Of a stretch of DNA of 59,085 bases, positions 36,001 to 45,500 are shown piece after piece. Under the pieces are notes generated by a model, which saw nothing but the letters and a program-made list of their open reading frames with translations, had not been told where the DNA came from and made no database searches. The position numbers and the translations under genes are program-made. The first letter of the stretch is position 1, and every line of letters starts with the position of its first letter. Source of the DNA: an uncultured Devosia sp. (GTDB lineage: Bacteria; Pseudomonadota; Alphaproteobacteria; Rhizobiales; Devosiaceae); assembly GCA_964428685.1 (NCBI GenBank), contig CAYRZM010000318.1, positions 1 through 59,085 on the forward strand, in the 5' to 3' direction.

Positions 36001-37095
36001 TCAGGCGCCAGCGGCTGCCTGGACTTCGTTCTGGACCTCCTGGAACACATCGATGGTGTCGGGGTTGACGATGAACGAAGTCAGCGCCCCGAAGTCAACG
36101 CCCGAGCCGCCGAATATCAGATCGGCGTTCTTGGTGTCGGCCGAGAGCTTGCCCTGGAGCCCGGCGATCGCCGCCGGATAGCCCAGATATTCGGTCTCCT
36201 TCACCTGCACATCGGGGCTCAGGAAGAAGTTGAGGAAGTCGTAGGCCTGATCGACATTCTCGGCCTGAGCCGCGATCGAGTAGCTGTCGACCCAGATCTC
36301 CGAATGGGGGCCCGGCACGACCCATTTGAGCTTCGGATTCTGCTGGATGGCGCCACGAGCCGCCGCCTGGTTGGCCTGCGCCAGTACGATCGAGCCGTTG
36401 GCGAGCGCGGCCGGATCGAAGCCCGAGAAGGTCTTCACGTGCTTGGCGAAGCCCTTGAGGAAATCCTTGGTGGCGCGGATGTCGTCGGCGGTTGCCGTGT
36501 TCCAGTCCTTGCCGGCGATCCAGAGTGCCGGGCCGACGGTCTCGCCCGCATCCTTGGTCAGACGAACCTTGCCCGAGACATTCGGCTTGGCGCCCGCGTC
36601 GAAGAAATCCTGCCAGGTCTTGATCTCGCCGCCGACCGCATCGGGATCGTAGACGACCCCGAGCAGGCCCCAGTCCTTGGGGATCGAGTACTTGTTGCCC
36701 GGATCGTAATCGCGGTTCAGAAGCGACGGATCGAGGGCCGAGAAATCGATCCTGGAGTGGTCCAGCTCGAGCAGGAGATTCTTGTCGGCGAGCTGCTTGA
36801 TCCAGCCGGACGACGGAATGACGATATCGAAGCCCGCGCCGGCCGGCGAGTTGAGCTTGGAGAACAGCGCGCCATTGTCGTTGTAGGTCGCGATGTTGGG
36901 CGTGATGCCCGACTTCTTGGCATAGGCCGCGAGGTCGTCGGTCGAGAAGTAGTCAGGCCAGCTAAAGATGTTGAGCGCCCCGGCTGCAAGCGCATTGGTC
37001 GGCAGGAACTGCGACAGCGCCGCGGCGGCGGGAGCCGCGCCCATCAGGGCGAGCAGCGACCGGCGGCTCAGTGCGCCATGGTGGTGAGGGGTCAT
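36001..37095 (-). CDS. PotD/PotF-like substrate-binding protein with Tat signal
   Basis: SRRSLL; LNIFSWPDY, FDIVIPS, DPGNKYSIP, WVDS. Confidence 0.9.
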   Translation of the reverse strand: MTPHHHGALSRRSLLALMGAAPAAAALSQFLPTNALAAGALNIFSWPDYFSTDDLAAYAKKSGITPNIATYNDNGALFSKLNSPAGAGFDIVIPSSGWIKQLADKNLLLELDHSRIDFSALDPSLLNRDYDPGNKYSIPKDWGLLGVVYDPDAVGGEIKTWQDFFDAGAKPNVSGKVRLTKDAGETVGPALWIAGKDWNTATADDIRATKDFLKGFAKHVKTFSGFDPAALANGSIVLAQANQAAARGAIQQNPKLKWVVPGPHSEIWVDSYSIAAQAENVDQAYDFLNFFLSPDVQVKETEYLGYPAAIAGLQGKLSADTKNADLIFGGSGVDFGALTSFIVNPDTIDVFQEVQNEVQAAAGA

Positions 37096-37184
37096 TGGAG
37101 TGCCTTTCTAGTCATCGCCCGCGCCTGGAGGCCTATCGCGGATCGAGATTGAACCACCGCATGCTAAACCTGCGCGCCATAAAG

Positions 37185-37201
37185 TCTATCGAACCGGTAG
37201 A
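37185..37201. promoter_or_regulatory. Putative Rrf2-type operator
   Basis: TCTA-N9-TAGA upstream of the binding-protein gene; resembles 42509-42525. Confidence 0.45.
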
Positions 37202-37263
37202 TATTTCATTCTGCTGCCCGCCAGTCCGGCGATAAGCCGTTCCGTCGGGTCGGCGCGGCGCAG

Positions 37264-38604
37264 TCAATGCCGCGTGGCGAGCGCCGCGGCCACTATTGCG
37301 ACCTGCACTCGGATGTCGGGGATGGCCTCGATTTCCCAGAACAGTCCGCGAGTCAGCGGGCCGACGGCCAGCAATCGCTGCGAGGCAGTGCCGTCACGAT
37401 CCACAACCTCGCAGGCGCTGGTGACGTCGAGCCCTATGCGCAGCGGATCGGGTCGCGCAGCGCCGCGCGCAACGAGGGTCCGGATCAGCGGATTCGAACT
37501 CTGGGTGACGTCTGCCGTCACCCCGCCGCAATCATAGACGCGGGTGACCTCGATGCGGCGCGTAACCGAGGCCCCGCGATCGCGCACCGTCGCAGTGACC
37601 CCGGAGGCGGAGCGCTCGAGGTCGACCAGCTTTCCCGCCCAGAGCGAGACCTGGCCCTGGCTCACCGCCTCGACGAGCTGGCGATGGAGCGCGGGCGGCA
37701 GGCGATGTCGATGCACGTTCCAGAACGGGCGTGCATGTTCGAGGAAGCGTTCCCTAGACCGCCGCGACCAGGATTGCCAGATTCGTTGATTGAACGGCCG
37801 AAGGCCGTCGACGACGCTGCGCCAATCGCCGCTTCGGGCGACTTCCGCGTCCACCACCCGACGAAGCCATTGGGTGAACTGACGGACATCGACGCCGAAC
37901 GGCACCTCGCTAGCCTCGATGTTGGTCGAGGGTACGGACTGGTGCGGCAAGGGCAGCAAACCGTGCCGCGAGATGATGGTGATGGGCCCGGCATGGTTCG
38001 TCTCCGCCAACGTCAGCCAGGCATCTACCATCGACAGACCAGAGCCAAGGATCATCACCGGAGCATCCGGATCGAGCGGCGTATCCTCATCCGAGCCGAT
38101 CCGCACCGCGATTCCCTTGCCGCGAGCCGGGAACTCCTCGTGCCCGACCGCGAGAACCGCAACGTCGCCGACGATCCGCCCGCCGCCCGCAAGCATGATT
38201 TCAACGCCCGATTCAGTTTGCCGTACATCGATCGCGCCATCGCCGATCAAGGTGAGCTGGTTGCCGATCGAGGCCTCCGCGAGGACATCGGCGAGATAGG
38301 CGCCGTAGCGCGCGCGGGGCAGGAAAACGAAGCGCTCCGGCTCGCTTGCCAATCCCCGCGCCACTGCCCAGCGCCAGAAATGCTCCGGATCGTCCGCAAA
38401 CGCCCCCATGTTTGAGGCGGGGACGTTCAGAACATGGTTTTGCTGCAGCGCGGAGTAGGCAATCCCCCGCCCCAAGGTACGACGCTTCTCGATGAGCGTC
38501 ACCCGGACGTTGGCGGTCCCGCCGCGCAGCAGGTGCGCGGCGAGCAACACGCCGCTGGCACCCCCGCCGACGATGACGATCGAGCGCGGGCTCACGCCGG
38601 CCAC
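37264..38604 (-). CDS. FAD/NAD(P)-binding oxidoreductase
   Basis: IVGGGASG, GRGIAYS, HVLNVPA, GSGLSMVD, VGPLTRG..WEI.AIPDIR. Confidence 0.85.
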   Translation of the reverse strand: MAGVSPRSIVIVGGGASGVLLAAHLLRGGTANVRVTLIEKRRTLGRGIAYSALQQNHVLNVPASNMGAFADDPEHFWRWAVARGLASEPERFVFLPRARYGAYLADVLAEASIGNQLTLIGDGAIDVRQTESGVEIMLAGGGRIVGDVAVLAVGHEEFPARGKGIAVRIGSDEDTPLDPDAPVMILGSGLSMVDAWLTLAETNHAGPITIISRHGLLPLPHQSVPSTNIEASEVPFGVDVRQFTQWLRRVVDAEVARSGDWRSVVDGLRPFNQRIWQSWSRRSRERFLEHARPFWNVHRHRLPPALHRQLVEAVSQGQVSLWAGKLVDLERSASGVTATVRDRGASVTRRIEVTRVYDCGGVTADVTQSSNPLIRTLVARGAARPDPLRIGLDVTSACEVVDRDGTASQRLLAVGPLTRGLFWEIEAIPDIRVQVAIVAAALATRH

Positions 38605-38625
38605 CTTGCCGGCGCGGGATGGCGC

Positions 38626-38823
38626 CTAGCGGCCAGGACCAGAGATCCAGGCCGCAAGTCGGTACTCATTTGTATAGAGAAGCTCCTCGGCGCCGGGCGG
38701 CAGGTGCCCGGTCAGCACCGCCGTCTCGCGTTCGGCTTTGCCCAGTCTTACGCCTTCATCCTGCGGGGGCCGCGGCGCCGCGCCGGTGCGCCTGAAGGCG
38801 AGCACCTCAATCAGCGTCTTCAT
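38626..38823 (-). CDS. Small hypothetical protein
   Basis: MKTLIEVLAF..., start overlaps the tauD end. Confidence 0.4.
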   Translation of the reverse strand: MKTLIEVLAFRRTGAAPRPPQDEGVRLGKAERETAVLTGHLPPGAEELLYTNEYRLAAWISGPGR

Positions 38824-39697
38824 CGGCCTTCTCCGGCGTGTTGGGTCCAATCGGCTTGTCACCGAGCACCGTGGCGCGGTGCATGATGCGGCGATGGGGC
38901 AGGTAGTCGGCGAGCGCGTAGTGCTGCGTCAGCCGGTTGTCCCAGAAGGCGACGTCGCCCTCCTTCCATTTCCAGCGCACGGTGAATTCCGGCTTGGCGA
39001 CATGCCGGAAGAGGAGCCGCAGTACCGCATCGCTCTCGGTTGCGCCGAGTTCGACGATACGGGTGGTGAAGCCCTCGTTGACGAATATGCCCTTGCGCCC
39101 GCTCTCGGGGTGGACGCGGACCACCGGATGCACCACCGGCGGGTTCTTGCGCTTGGCCTCATCGAATTTCGCGCGGTCCTCGTTCTGGCCCCAGCGCGAC
39201 TCGGGGAAGCTCTTTTCGATGTTGTGGATCGCCGTCAGCCCGTCGAGAAACTGCTGGAACGGCGCGCTGAGCGCCTCATAGGCCGCAATGGTCGAGGCCC
39301 AGCTGGTGTCGCCGCCCGAGGGCGGGATCGTCTTGGCCGCAAGGATCGCGCCGAGCGGCGGCGTCTCGATGAAGGTGACGTCGGTGTGCCAGTTGTCGTT
39401 GTCGGGCAAGTTGTTGTGCGAAGTGTCGAGCACGATGATCTCGGGCACGTCCTCGACATGCGGATAGATCGGGTGGATGTGGAGCTTGCCGAAGCGCGCC
39501 GCCAGCGCCCGCTGCGTCTTCGGGTCGAGCGTCTGGTTCTCGAAGAACAGCACGTGGTGCTTGAGCAGCGCGCGGCGCAGTGAATCGATCGTGGCGTCGG
39601 TCAGCTCGGCGCTGAAGTCAAGACCGGCCACTACGGCGCCGATCGCCGGCGTCAACGGACGGGTCGTCAGATGCAGTTCGGGTGCAGGCTTGTTCAT
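38807..39697 (-). CDS. tauD: Taurine dioxygenase
   Basis: HIHPIYP, DNDNWHTDVTF, GGDT, HPVVRVHPESG, WDNRLTQHYA. Confidence 0.95.
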   Translation of the reverse strand: MNKPAPELHLTTRPLTPAIGAVVAGLDFSAELTDATIDSLRRALLKHHVLFFENQTLDPKTQRALAARFGKLHIHPIYPHVEDVPEIIVLDTSHNNLPDNDNWHTDVTFIETPPLGAILAAKTIPPSGGDTSWASTIAAYEALSAPFQQFLDGLTAIHNIEKSFPESRWGQNEDRAKFDEAKRKNPPVVHPVVRVHPESGRKGIFVNEGFTTRIVELGATESDAVLRLLFRHVAKPEFTVRWKWKEGDVAFWDNRLTQHYALADYLPHRRIMHRATVLGDKPIGPNTPEKADEDAD

Positions 39698-39707
39698 GGT
39701 TGTCCTC

Positions 39708-40529
39708 CTAGCGATGGCGAGCCCACGGCAGGAACAGCCGCTCCACGAGGCGGAGCAGCGCTTCAAAGCCGAAGGCGAGTGCGGAAATGACGAAGATGCC
39801 GACGATGACGATGTCGGTGACGAGGAACTGCGCCGCCGATTCAATCATGAAGCCGAGGCCCTGCGAGGCGGCGACGAGTTCGGCGGCGACGAGTGTCGAC
39901 CAGCCGGCGCCGAGCGCGATGCGGATGCCAGTGACGATCTCGGGAAGAGCGCTCGGCACCAGCACATGCGCCAGCACCTGCCAGCGTGTCGCGCCGAACG
40001 AGCGAGCCGCGTTGACCTGGCTCAGCGGCGCCGAACGGATGCCGGCGGCGGTCGAGATCGCGATCGGCGCCAGCATGGCGAGGCCGATGACCAGCACCTT
40101 GGCTGGTTCACCGATGCCGAACCAGATGATGACCAACGGCAGGTAGGCCAGCGGCGGCAGCGGCCGGATGAATTCGATGATGGGGTCGAGGATGCCGCGC
40201 CCAATGCGGCTCGCGCCCATGGCGATGCCCGCAGGCACACCGATCAGGATGGTGAATAGCAGGGCAAGGAAGACGCGCGAGAGGCTGGCCCAGGCATGCT
40301 CCAGAAGCGTCGAGTCGACGTAGCCGTCGCGGAGCAACCGCCCCACCGCGGCGAGCACCTTTGCTGGCGGCGGCAGGAAGACCGGCGACACCCAGTTCAG
40401 AGTCGAGGCCAGCTGCCACAGCGTCAGCGCGGCGGCGATCGTGGCCAGCGGCGCCAGCGGCCCGTAGCTGCCGCGCCGCGTCGGACGAGCGGACCTATCG
40501 GGCGGCATGGTCTCGGCGATCGCCGTCAT
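39708..40529 (-). CDS. tauC: Taurine ABC permease
   Basis: RPLPPLAYLPLVIIWFGIGE, WSTLVAAEL. Confidence 0.9.
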   Translation of the reverse strand: MTAIAETMPPDRSARPTRRGSYGPLAPLATIAAALTLWQLASTLNWVSPVFLPPPAKVLAAVGRLLRDGYVDSTLLEHAWASLSRVFLALLFTILIGVPAGIAMGASRIGRGILDPIIEFIRPLPPLAYLPLVIIWFGIGEPAKVLVIGLAMLAPIAISTAAGIRSAPLSQVNAARSFGATRWQVLAHVLVPSALPEIVTGIRIALGAGWSTLVAAELVAASQGLGFMIESAAQFLVTDIVIVGIFVISALAFGFEALLRLVERLFLPWARHR

Positions 40530-41329
40530 GCGACCTGCCTCTCGTCCTCGGCGCCGATGGCGGCGATCAGCTCTTCGCGAAGCGCGATGAACTGCGGGTC
40601 GGCCTTCAGCGCCCGTGCCTTCTCGCCGGCAAGGAAGCGCCGGCCGAACGAGACGTCGCGGCTTTCGATGATCCGTCCCGGGTCGGGCGCGAGCACCAGC
40701 ACGCGCGTTGCGAGGAAGAGCGCCTCCTCGACGGAGTGGGTGATGAGCAGTGCCCCGGCCTTCGAGGCATTCCACACCGTGAGCAGCAGCTCCTGCATCT
40801 TCTCGCGTGTCATCGCGTCGAGCGCGCCGAGCGGCTCATCCATCAGCAGGAACCGCGGATCGGCGGCCAGCGCCCGCGCGATACCCACGCGTTGCCGCTG
40901 CCCACCCGACAGCTCCCAGATCGACTTGTGCGCATGCCCGGCGAGGCCCACCAGCTCGAGCAGCTGGCTGGCGCGGCGCGACTGCTGCGCCGCGCTGATG
41001 CGCTTGAGTCGCAACGGGAGGGCGATATTGTCGAGCACGGTCAGCCAGGCAAAGAGCGCGTCGTCCTGGAACACCACGGCCCGGTCCGCGCCGGGGCCCG
41101 CGATAGCGACCCCATCGACGCTCACCTCGCCTTCGGTCGGGGCCACGAACCCCGCCCCGAGGTTGAGAACAGAGGTCTTGCCCGATCCCGAGCGTCCGAT
41201 CAGCGCGACGAACTCGCCCGTGCCGATCGACAGCGACAGCCGCTCGATGACGGGGGTGCGCTGCACGCGGCCGAGGCCTAGGGGCCGCTCGTAGGTCAGC
41301 GAGACATTGGTCAGCCGCAACTGGCTCAT
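40526..41329 (-). CDS. tauB: Taurine ABC ATPase
   Basis: GRSGSGKT, LSGGQRQR, MDEPLGALD; GPGADRAVVFQ. Confidence 0.9.
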   Translation of the reverse strand: MSQLRLTNVSLTYERPLGLGRVQRTPVIERLSLSIGTGEFVALIGRSGSGKTSVLNLGAGFVAPTEGEVSVDGVAIAGPGADRAVVFQDDALFAWLTVLDNIALPLRLKRISAAQQSRRASQLLELVGLAGHAHKSIWELSGGQRQRVGIARALAADPRFLLMDEPLGALDAMTREKMQELLLTVWNASKAGALLITHSVEEALFLATRVLVLAPDPGRIIESRDVSFGRRFLAGEKARALKADPQFIALREELIAAIGAEDERQVA

Positions 41330-41426
41330 CGTCGTCCTCCGAAGGTCGCCGCCGCCGCCGCAGGAGAGCTCGGCGGCAGCGGCGCAAGGAGCGGCCGGAT
41401 AGGGAGGTACCCGGCCGCGGTGATCG

Positions 41427-42422
41427 CTACTTCGCCGCGTCGGTCACGAATTGGGTGGTGACGTAGGGCGAGTAATCGGTGAGAGCGGCCGGGATCTTGC
41501 CCTGCTCGACGAGAAACGCCGCGGTGTCGGCGATGGCCTTGGCCGTGGCGCCGCCGAGGTAGTTCGGGCCGGCTTCGTCGCTTAGGCTCGGGAACACATA
41601 GCCCTTGAGCAGCTCAGGCACGTCGGCGGCATTGGCGCCGGTGAGCTTGGCGATCGCCTTGGCCGCGTCGCTGTCGGCGCTCCAACCGGCCGGGTTGTCG
41701 AGGTACTGCTTGTAGGCAGCCGCAGTCACCTTGACGAAGGCGGTGACGATGTCGGGATGGGCGGCCGCGAAATCTTTGCGCACGATCCAGGCATCGAAGG
41801 TCGGCGAGCCCCAGCTTGCAACTTGGGCGGAGTCGACGATGACCTTGCCGCCGGTGGTCTTGATCTGGGTCAGCACCGGATCCCACACATAGGCGCCGTC
41901 GATGTCGCCGCGCGCCCACGCGGCGCCGATGTCGGCCGGCTTTAGGTTGAGGATCGACAGCGATTTCGGATCGATGTTCCAGTGCTTGAGCGCCGCGAGC
42001 AGCGCGAAGTGCGACGTGGAGACGAACGGCACGGCGATCTTCTTGCCGGCGAGGTCGGCCGGAGTGTCGACGCCCTTGGCCGCCAGCGCCTCCGCCTCGG
42101 CGATGTTGCCGACGATATAGATGGTCTCGATCGGCAGCTGCTGGCTGGCGGCGGCGGTCAGCGGCGACGAGCCGACATAGCCGATATCGATGGCGCCCGA
42201 GGCGATGGCGGTGACAACGTCCGCGCCGGAGCCGAACTGGCTCCAGATGATATTGGCGCCGGTGGCCTTCTCGTACTCGCCGGCGGCCTGCGGCACGCGC
42301 GACGGTTCGACGATCTGCTGCCAGCCGATGCGCAGATCCACCGCCTGCGCTGCGTTGGCGGCGAGACCCGAGAGGATAATGCCGGTAACGGCGGCGAGGA
42401 GGATGGTGCGGGAAGCGCTCAT
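41427..42422 (-). CDS. tauA: Taurine ABC substrate-binding protein
   Basis: F.SGADV..AIASG, VGSSP, VPFVSTSH, AWARGDIDGAYVWDP. Confidence 0.92.
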   Translation of the reverse strand: MSASRTILLAAVTGIILSGLAANAAQAVDLRIGWQQIVEPSRVPQAAGEYEKATGANIIWSQFGSGADVVTAIASGAIDIGYVGSSPLTAAASQQLPIETIYIVGNIAEAEALAAKGVDTPADLAGKKIAVPFVSTSHFALLAALKHWNIDPKSLSILNLKPADIGAAWARGDIDGAYVWDPVLTQIKTTGGKVIVDSAQVASWGSPTFDAWIVRKDFAAAHPDIVTAFVKVTAAAYKQYLDNPAGWSADSDAAKAIAKLTGANAADVPELLKGYVFPSLSDEAGPNYLGGATAKAIADTAAFLVEQGKIPAALTDYSPYVTTQFVTDAAK

Positions 42423-42490
42423 AGCGGTCTGTTCCGGTTGCAATTGGGGCTGGCGGCGAGCCCTCGCTCAGCTCAAGCTTCGCCCCAGCG

Positions 42491-42525
42491 CGACTAATCT
42501 AAAGTTAGTCGATCAACTTAGTCGA
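42491..42525. promoter_or_regulatory. Putative Rrf2/IscR-like operator upstream of tauA
   Basis: CGACTAA-N7-TTAGTCG overlapping TCGA-N9-TCGA. Confidence 0.5.
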
Positions 42526-43191
42526 GAATAAAGGTGCCATTCTGCCCGTAGAGAGCGAACGCGCTTTTTGGCATTCCCCTCGAACACGAACTCTTTGCCC
42601 CTGAGTATCCGGCTAATCCGAGTTCGACGTGGGAGAAGTGCCCTTGCCAGTGGGCCTAGAGCGCGGCGCCACGCGTTACGGCATTTTGGCGCGCTCGTGT
42701 CTACACGGTGGCCGCCTTTTTCGGCCGAGATCGCTCGGCTTCCCGGCCATTGATCACCAATCGCTACGCCACTGAACGTGATCGCGCAGACGACCCCGTT
42801 GACGTCGACGACGGCTGGCCCGCTCATTGTTGTCGAGGCCTCCGCTGGACGGGCCCCCACTCGGTCTTGCGCTTTGCCTCAGCGTCGTTGCGAGGAGGTC
42901 GGTCTTGACCGAGCAGTCAGCGCCAGCTGAAGCCGCGCCGGATCGAGATCAAGAGCAACAATCCAACCGGCGCGGCGGGCGAAGCCCCCAGGCAGATCGC
43001 CGATGAGCGTCAGGCCAAGGCGGCCTGATATCAATCTCCTAAGCCTCCCGGTTGGTGGCCGGGGGGGCACTGCGTGTGGAGAATGGAGATGACCGCACCT
43101 GAGAACCTGCAGAACCTAACCTTGATCTACCCTAACGGCGTGGTGTCTATCGAGCGATCCGCGAGACGTCGTCAACGATCCGACCCTAACG

Positions 43192-43575
43192 GTGGACCAG
43201 AAGCGTTCAGTTCTGGCCTCGTGGGCGTCTGACGCCAGGGCCGTGCCGAACTATCCGTCGCTGCGACGCCTTGATAGCGGAGCGCTGGTTACGATCGACG
43301 ATGTCCTGGCCGCGCTCAAAATGCTCGACGGGTCAGTAAAGGAGGTATCGGCACGCCCGAAGAGCGCGCCGCGGCGCGGCCACTGGTCACGGCTCAGCCG
43401 GGTTTGGCGGCGCCGATCGCGCGATGATGATGACGACGATCCGTTCACTCCGGCGCCAGCGGGCGTTCGATCTCGACTGCCCGTGCTCGATGGCGCAGCA
43501 GCGGCAGCTGCACCCTATTGCGGGCGCCGAGGCTTGTCCCGAGAGTGCGGGGTACATCGCACGGAGCGAGCGTAG
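43192..43575 (+). CDS. Hypothetical protein, probably frameshifted near its 5' end
   Basis: DPRDVVNDPTLT-VDQKRSVLASWASDARAV; the ATG at 43089 is in another frame. Confidence 0.45.
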   Translation: MDQKRSVLASWASDARAVPNYPSLRRLDSGALVTIDDVLAALKMLDGSVKEVSARPKSAPRRGHWSRLSRVWRRRSRDDDDDDPFTPAPAGVRSRLPVLDGAAAAAAPYCGRRGLSRECGVHRTERA

Positions 43576-43989
43576 CGGAGGCGGCAAGCACTGGCGGCGC
43601 TCGGGGCAGGACCTGGGCGGCTGCGCCGAAGTAAACGGACCGTTGTTTTCTCGGTCGCAAACAAACCGTTGTTTTCTTGGAGACATCCCGTCCATTTCTT
43701 TCTGACGACGTCTGCTAGCAAGTGCTTAGGCGATCCTTGTCGGCCCGCACCCGGTCGGCTACACCGAACGCGGGACGTGGCACATCTAAGCTAGGAAGCG
43801 ACCCGGTTTCGGGAGCCCCTCTGCGAGTCACCCGCGGCGTCCCTCTTTCCCCTAGTTAGCTCGAGAACCCTGCGCAACTTGCCGCTGGTCGTTCGATGAA
43901 GCGGACGCCGAGACCGGGAGCCTTGTCGTTTGGAGCCACGGTGTCTGACGATGATGATGCATCTGGGGTCGACGGCCGGCGTTTCGCAC

Positions 43990-44559
43990 TCAGCCGGAGG
44001 CGTCTTCGCTGCCTGCCTCCTTGAGACACGGCCTCGAGCCCGCCGGGCACACCCACGCCCGGGGCTCCGGTGGAGTAGTATCTCCTCTGCCTCGCTTAGC
44101 CCAGGCGCCGAGACGGTCTCCGATTGCGCGCAGCAAGGTCAGCCGGTCCGCAAACCGCAGTGAGATGATGGACACCTTGTGCTGGCCATCGGAAATCACC
44201 AGGCGGACCTTAATGGACTGTATCAAGCCTTGGCGGAACTCGATCGGCATCTCGGCGATGGGGACTGGAACGCCGCGACGGTCGAAGATCTCTGAGATGT
44301 CTGCACGGAGAAGCCGGTGTGCTTGGTAGACCAGATCGTCATTGATCGCTTGATTTCTTGTAGAACGCTGTTGTACTGCTTCGTCGATCTGTTTCTTGAT
44401 GACAGGTTTTGACAGGTTCTCTGCCCCCATCTGCCGCGCCGTTTGGGAGCTGTATCCAGCCCGAATCGCTGCCTGGGTGGCGTTGCCGTCGATCATGAAC
44501 TCGCCGACGAAGCGGTTTTGACGATGAGTGAGACCTCTTGATGCGCGTGCAGTCATCAT
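43990..44559 (-). CDS. Terminase small subunit
   Basis: LTHRQNRFVGEFMIDGNATQAAIRAGYS..TA...GAENLSKPVI. Confidence 0.88.
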   Translation of the reverse strand: MMTARASRGLTHRQNRFVGEFMIDGNATQAAIRAGYSSQTARQMGAENLSKPVIKKQIDEAVQQRSTRNQAINDDLVYQAHRLLRADISEIFDRRGVPVPIAEMPIEFRQGLIQSIKVRLVISDGQHKVSIISLRFADRLTLLRAIGDRLGAWAKRGRGDTTPPEPRAWVCPAGSRPCLKEAGSEDASG

Positions 44560-44966
44560 TGAAAGCCCGCCTCGGCCAGCCTTCGCTGCACGAAGGCTTG
44601 CTTGGTTTCACCGGCTTGGCTGGCGTCTGCGGTCCGACGCGCAATCTCCTCGGTCAAGAACTGCTTCCACTTCATGTTTCTGGGATCCCAGCGAACGAGC
44701 CGAAACTTGTCGATGCGGTAGACGGTGAGCCAGCGGCCGCGCACCATTTGCCGTCCGACGATTATCAGCCCGAGGTCCCCCAAATCCTTCAAGCAGCGCT
44801 TGAAATGGGACCAACTCATTCCGTTCGAGGATGCCGCCATGTCCTCCTGTGATTTCCAGCCAAACCCCAGGCGGTGGTTGATCGAGTTTGCGATTGTCCT
44901 CAGGACGATAGCGTGGGCCTTAGGGAGTATTTGACGCTCCGCGAGAAGCATGGCCGGGCCACTCAT
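44556..44966 (-). CDS. HTH protein resembling phage replication-initiator N-domains
   Basis: VLRTIAN...GWKSQEDMA...SWSHFKRCLKDL...GLI; ATGA-coupled on both sides. Confidence 0.55.
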   Translation of the reverse strand: MSGPAMLLAERQILPKAHAIVLRTIANSINHRLGFGWKSQEDMAASSNGMSWSHFKRCLKDLGDLGLIIVGRQMVRGRWLTVYRIDKFRLVRWDPRNMKWKQFLTEEIARRTADASQAGETKQAFVQRRLAEAGFQ

Positions 44967-45346
44967 TTGCTGGCCTCCCCACGCTGGCGGACATAGGCGA
45001 GGATGGCGTTTCGATCAAAGCGGGTGCAGCCGGGTGAGAGCTTCACCGGTTTGGGAAAGCTGGGAACATCCTTCGCGTACCGCCAGAGCGTCGCCAGCGA
45101 GACGTCGATGAGCTCAGCTGCGTGCTTGGGACTAACGTAGATGGCGTTGTTGGGCAGCAAGTGAGGCGGGGTGCTCCCAGACGCGCTGGCATGGCGTGCC
45201 TCATGCTCGGCTTGACGAGTTGCCGGAGCGGTCGTTGCTTTCGCAGAAACTTGCTCCACCCAGTTCGGGAGGCGAAACGGCTCCCTAGGGGCTTCGGTGC
45301 CGCCAGCGGAGAGAATCGGAGCTTGTTGGGAGTTTTTCTGCGACAT
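44963..45346 (-). CDS. AlpA-family regulator / RDF
   Basis: AAELIDVSLATLWRYAKDVPSFPKPVKLSPGCTRF. Confidence 0.85.
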   Translation of the reverse strand: MSQKNSQQAPILSAGGTEAPREPFRLPNWVEQVSAKATTAPATRQAEHEARHASASGSTPPHLLPNNAIYVSPKHAAELIDVSLATLWRYAKDVPSFPKPVKLSPGCTRFDRNAILAYVRQRGEASK

Positions 45347-45500
45347 TCGTGCACCCAGAATTTCTGGAGTTGATGCACGTCATGCGCAGCAAGGGTCTTC
45401 TACGCCGTTCACATGCTCTCGGCAAGCAGCGCTTCGCAGCTGTGCAAATCCGTCGCGCGGAATATCAGCGAAGGGTAGTAGGTTTAGTTTGTTTCCGTTT

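Noticed and set aside
43053-43067. tRNA-3'-like CCCCCCCGGCCACCA on the minus strand
   Set aside because: No T-loop or cloverleaf; does not match the att core
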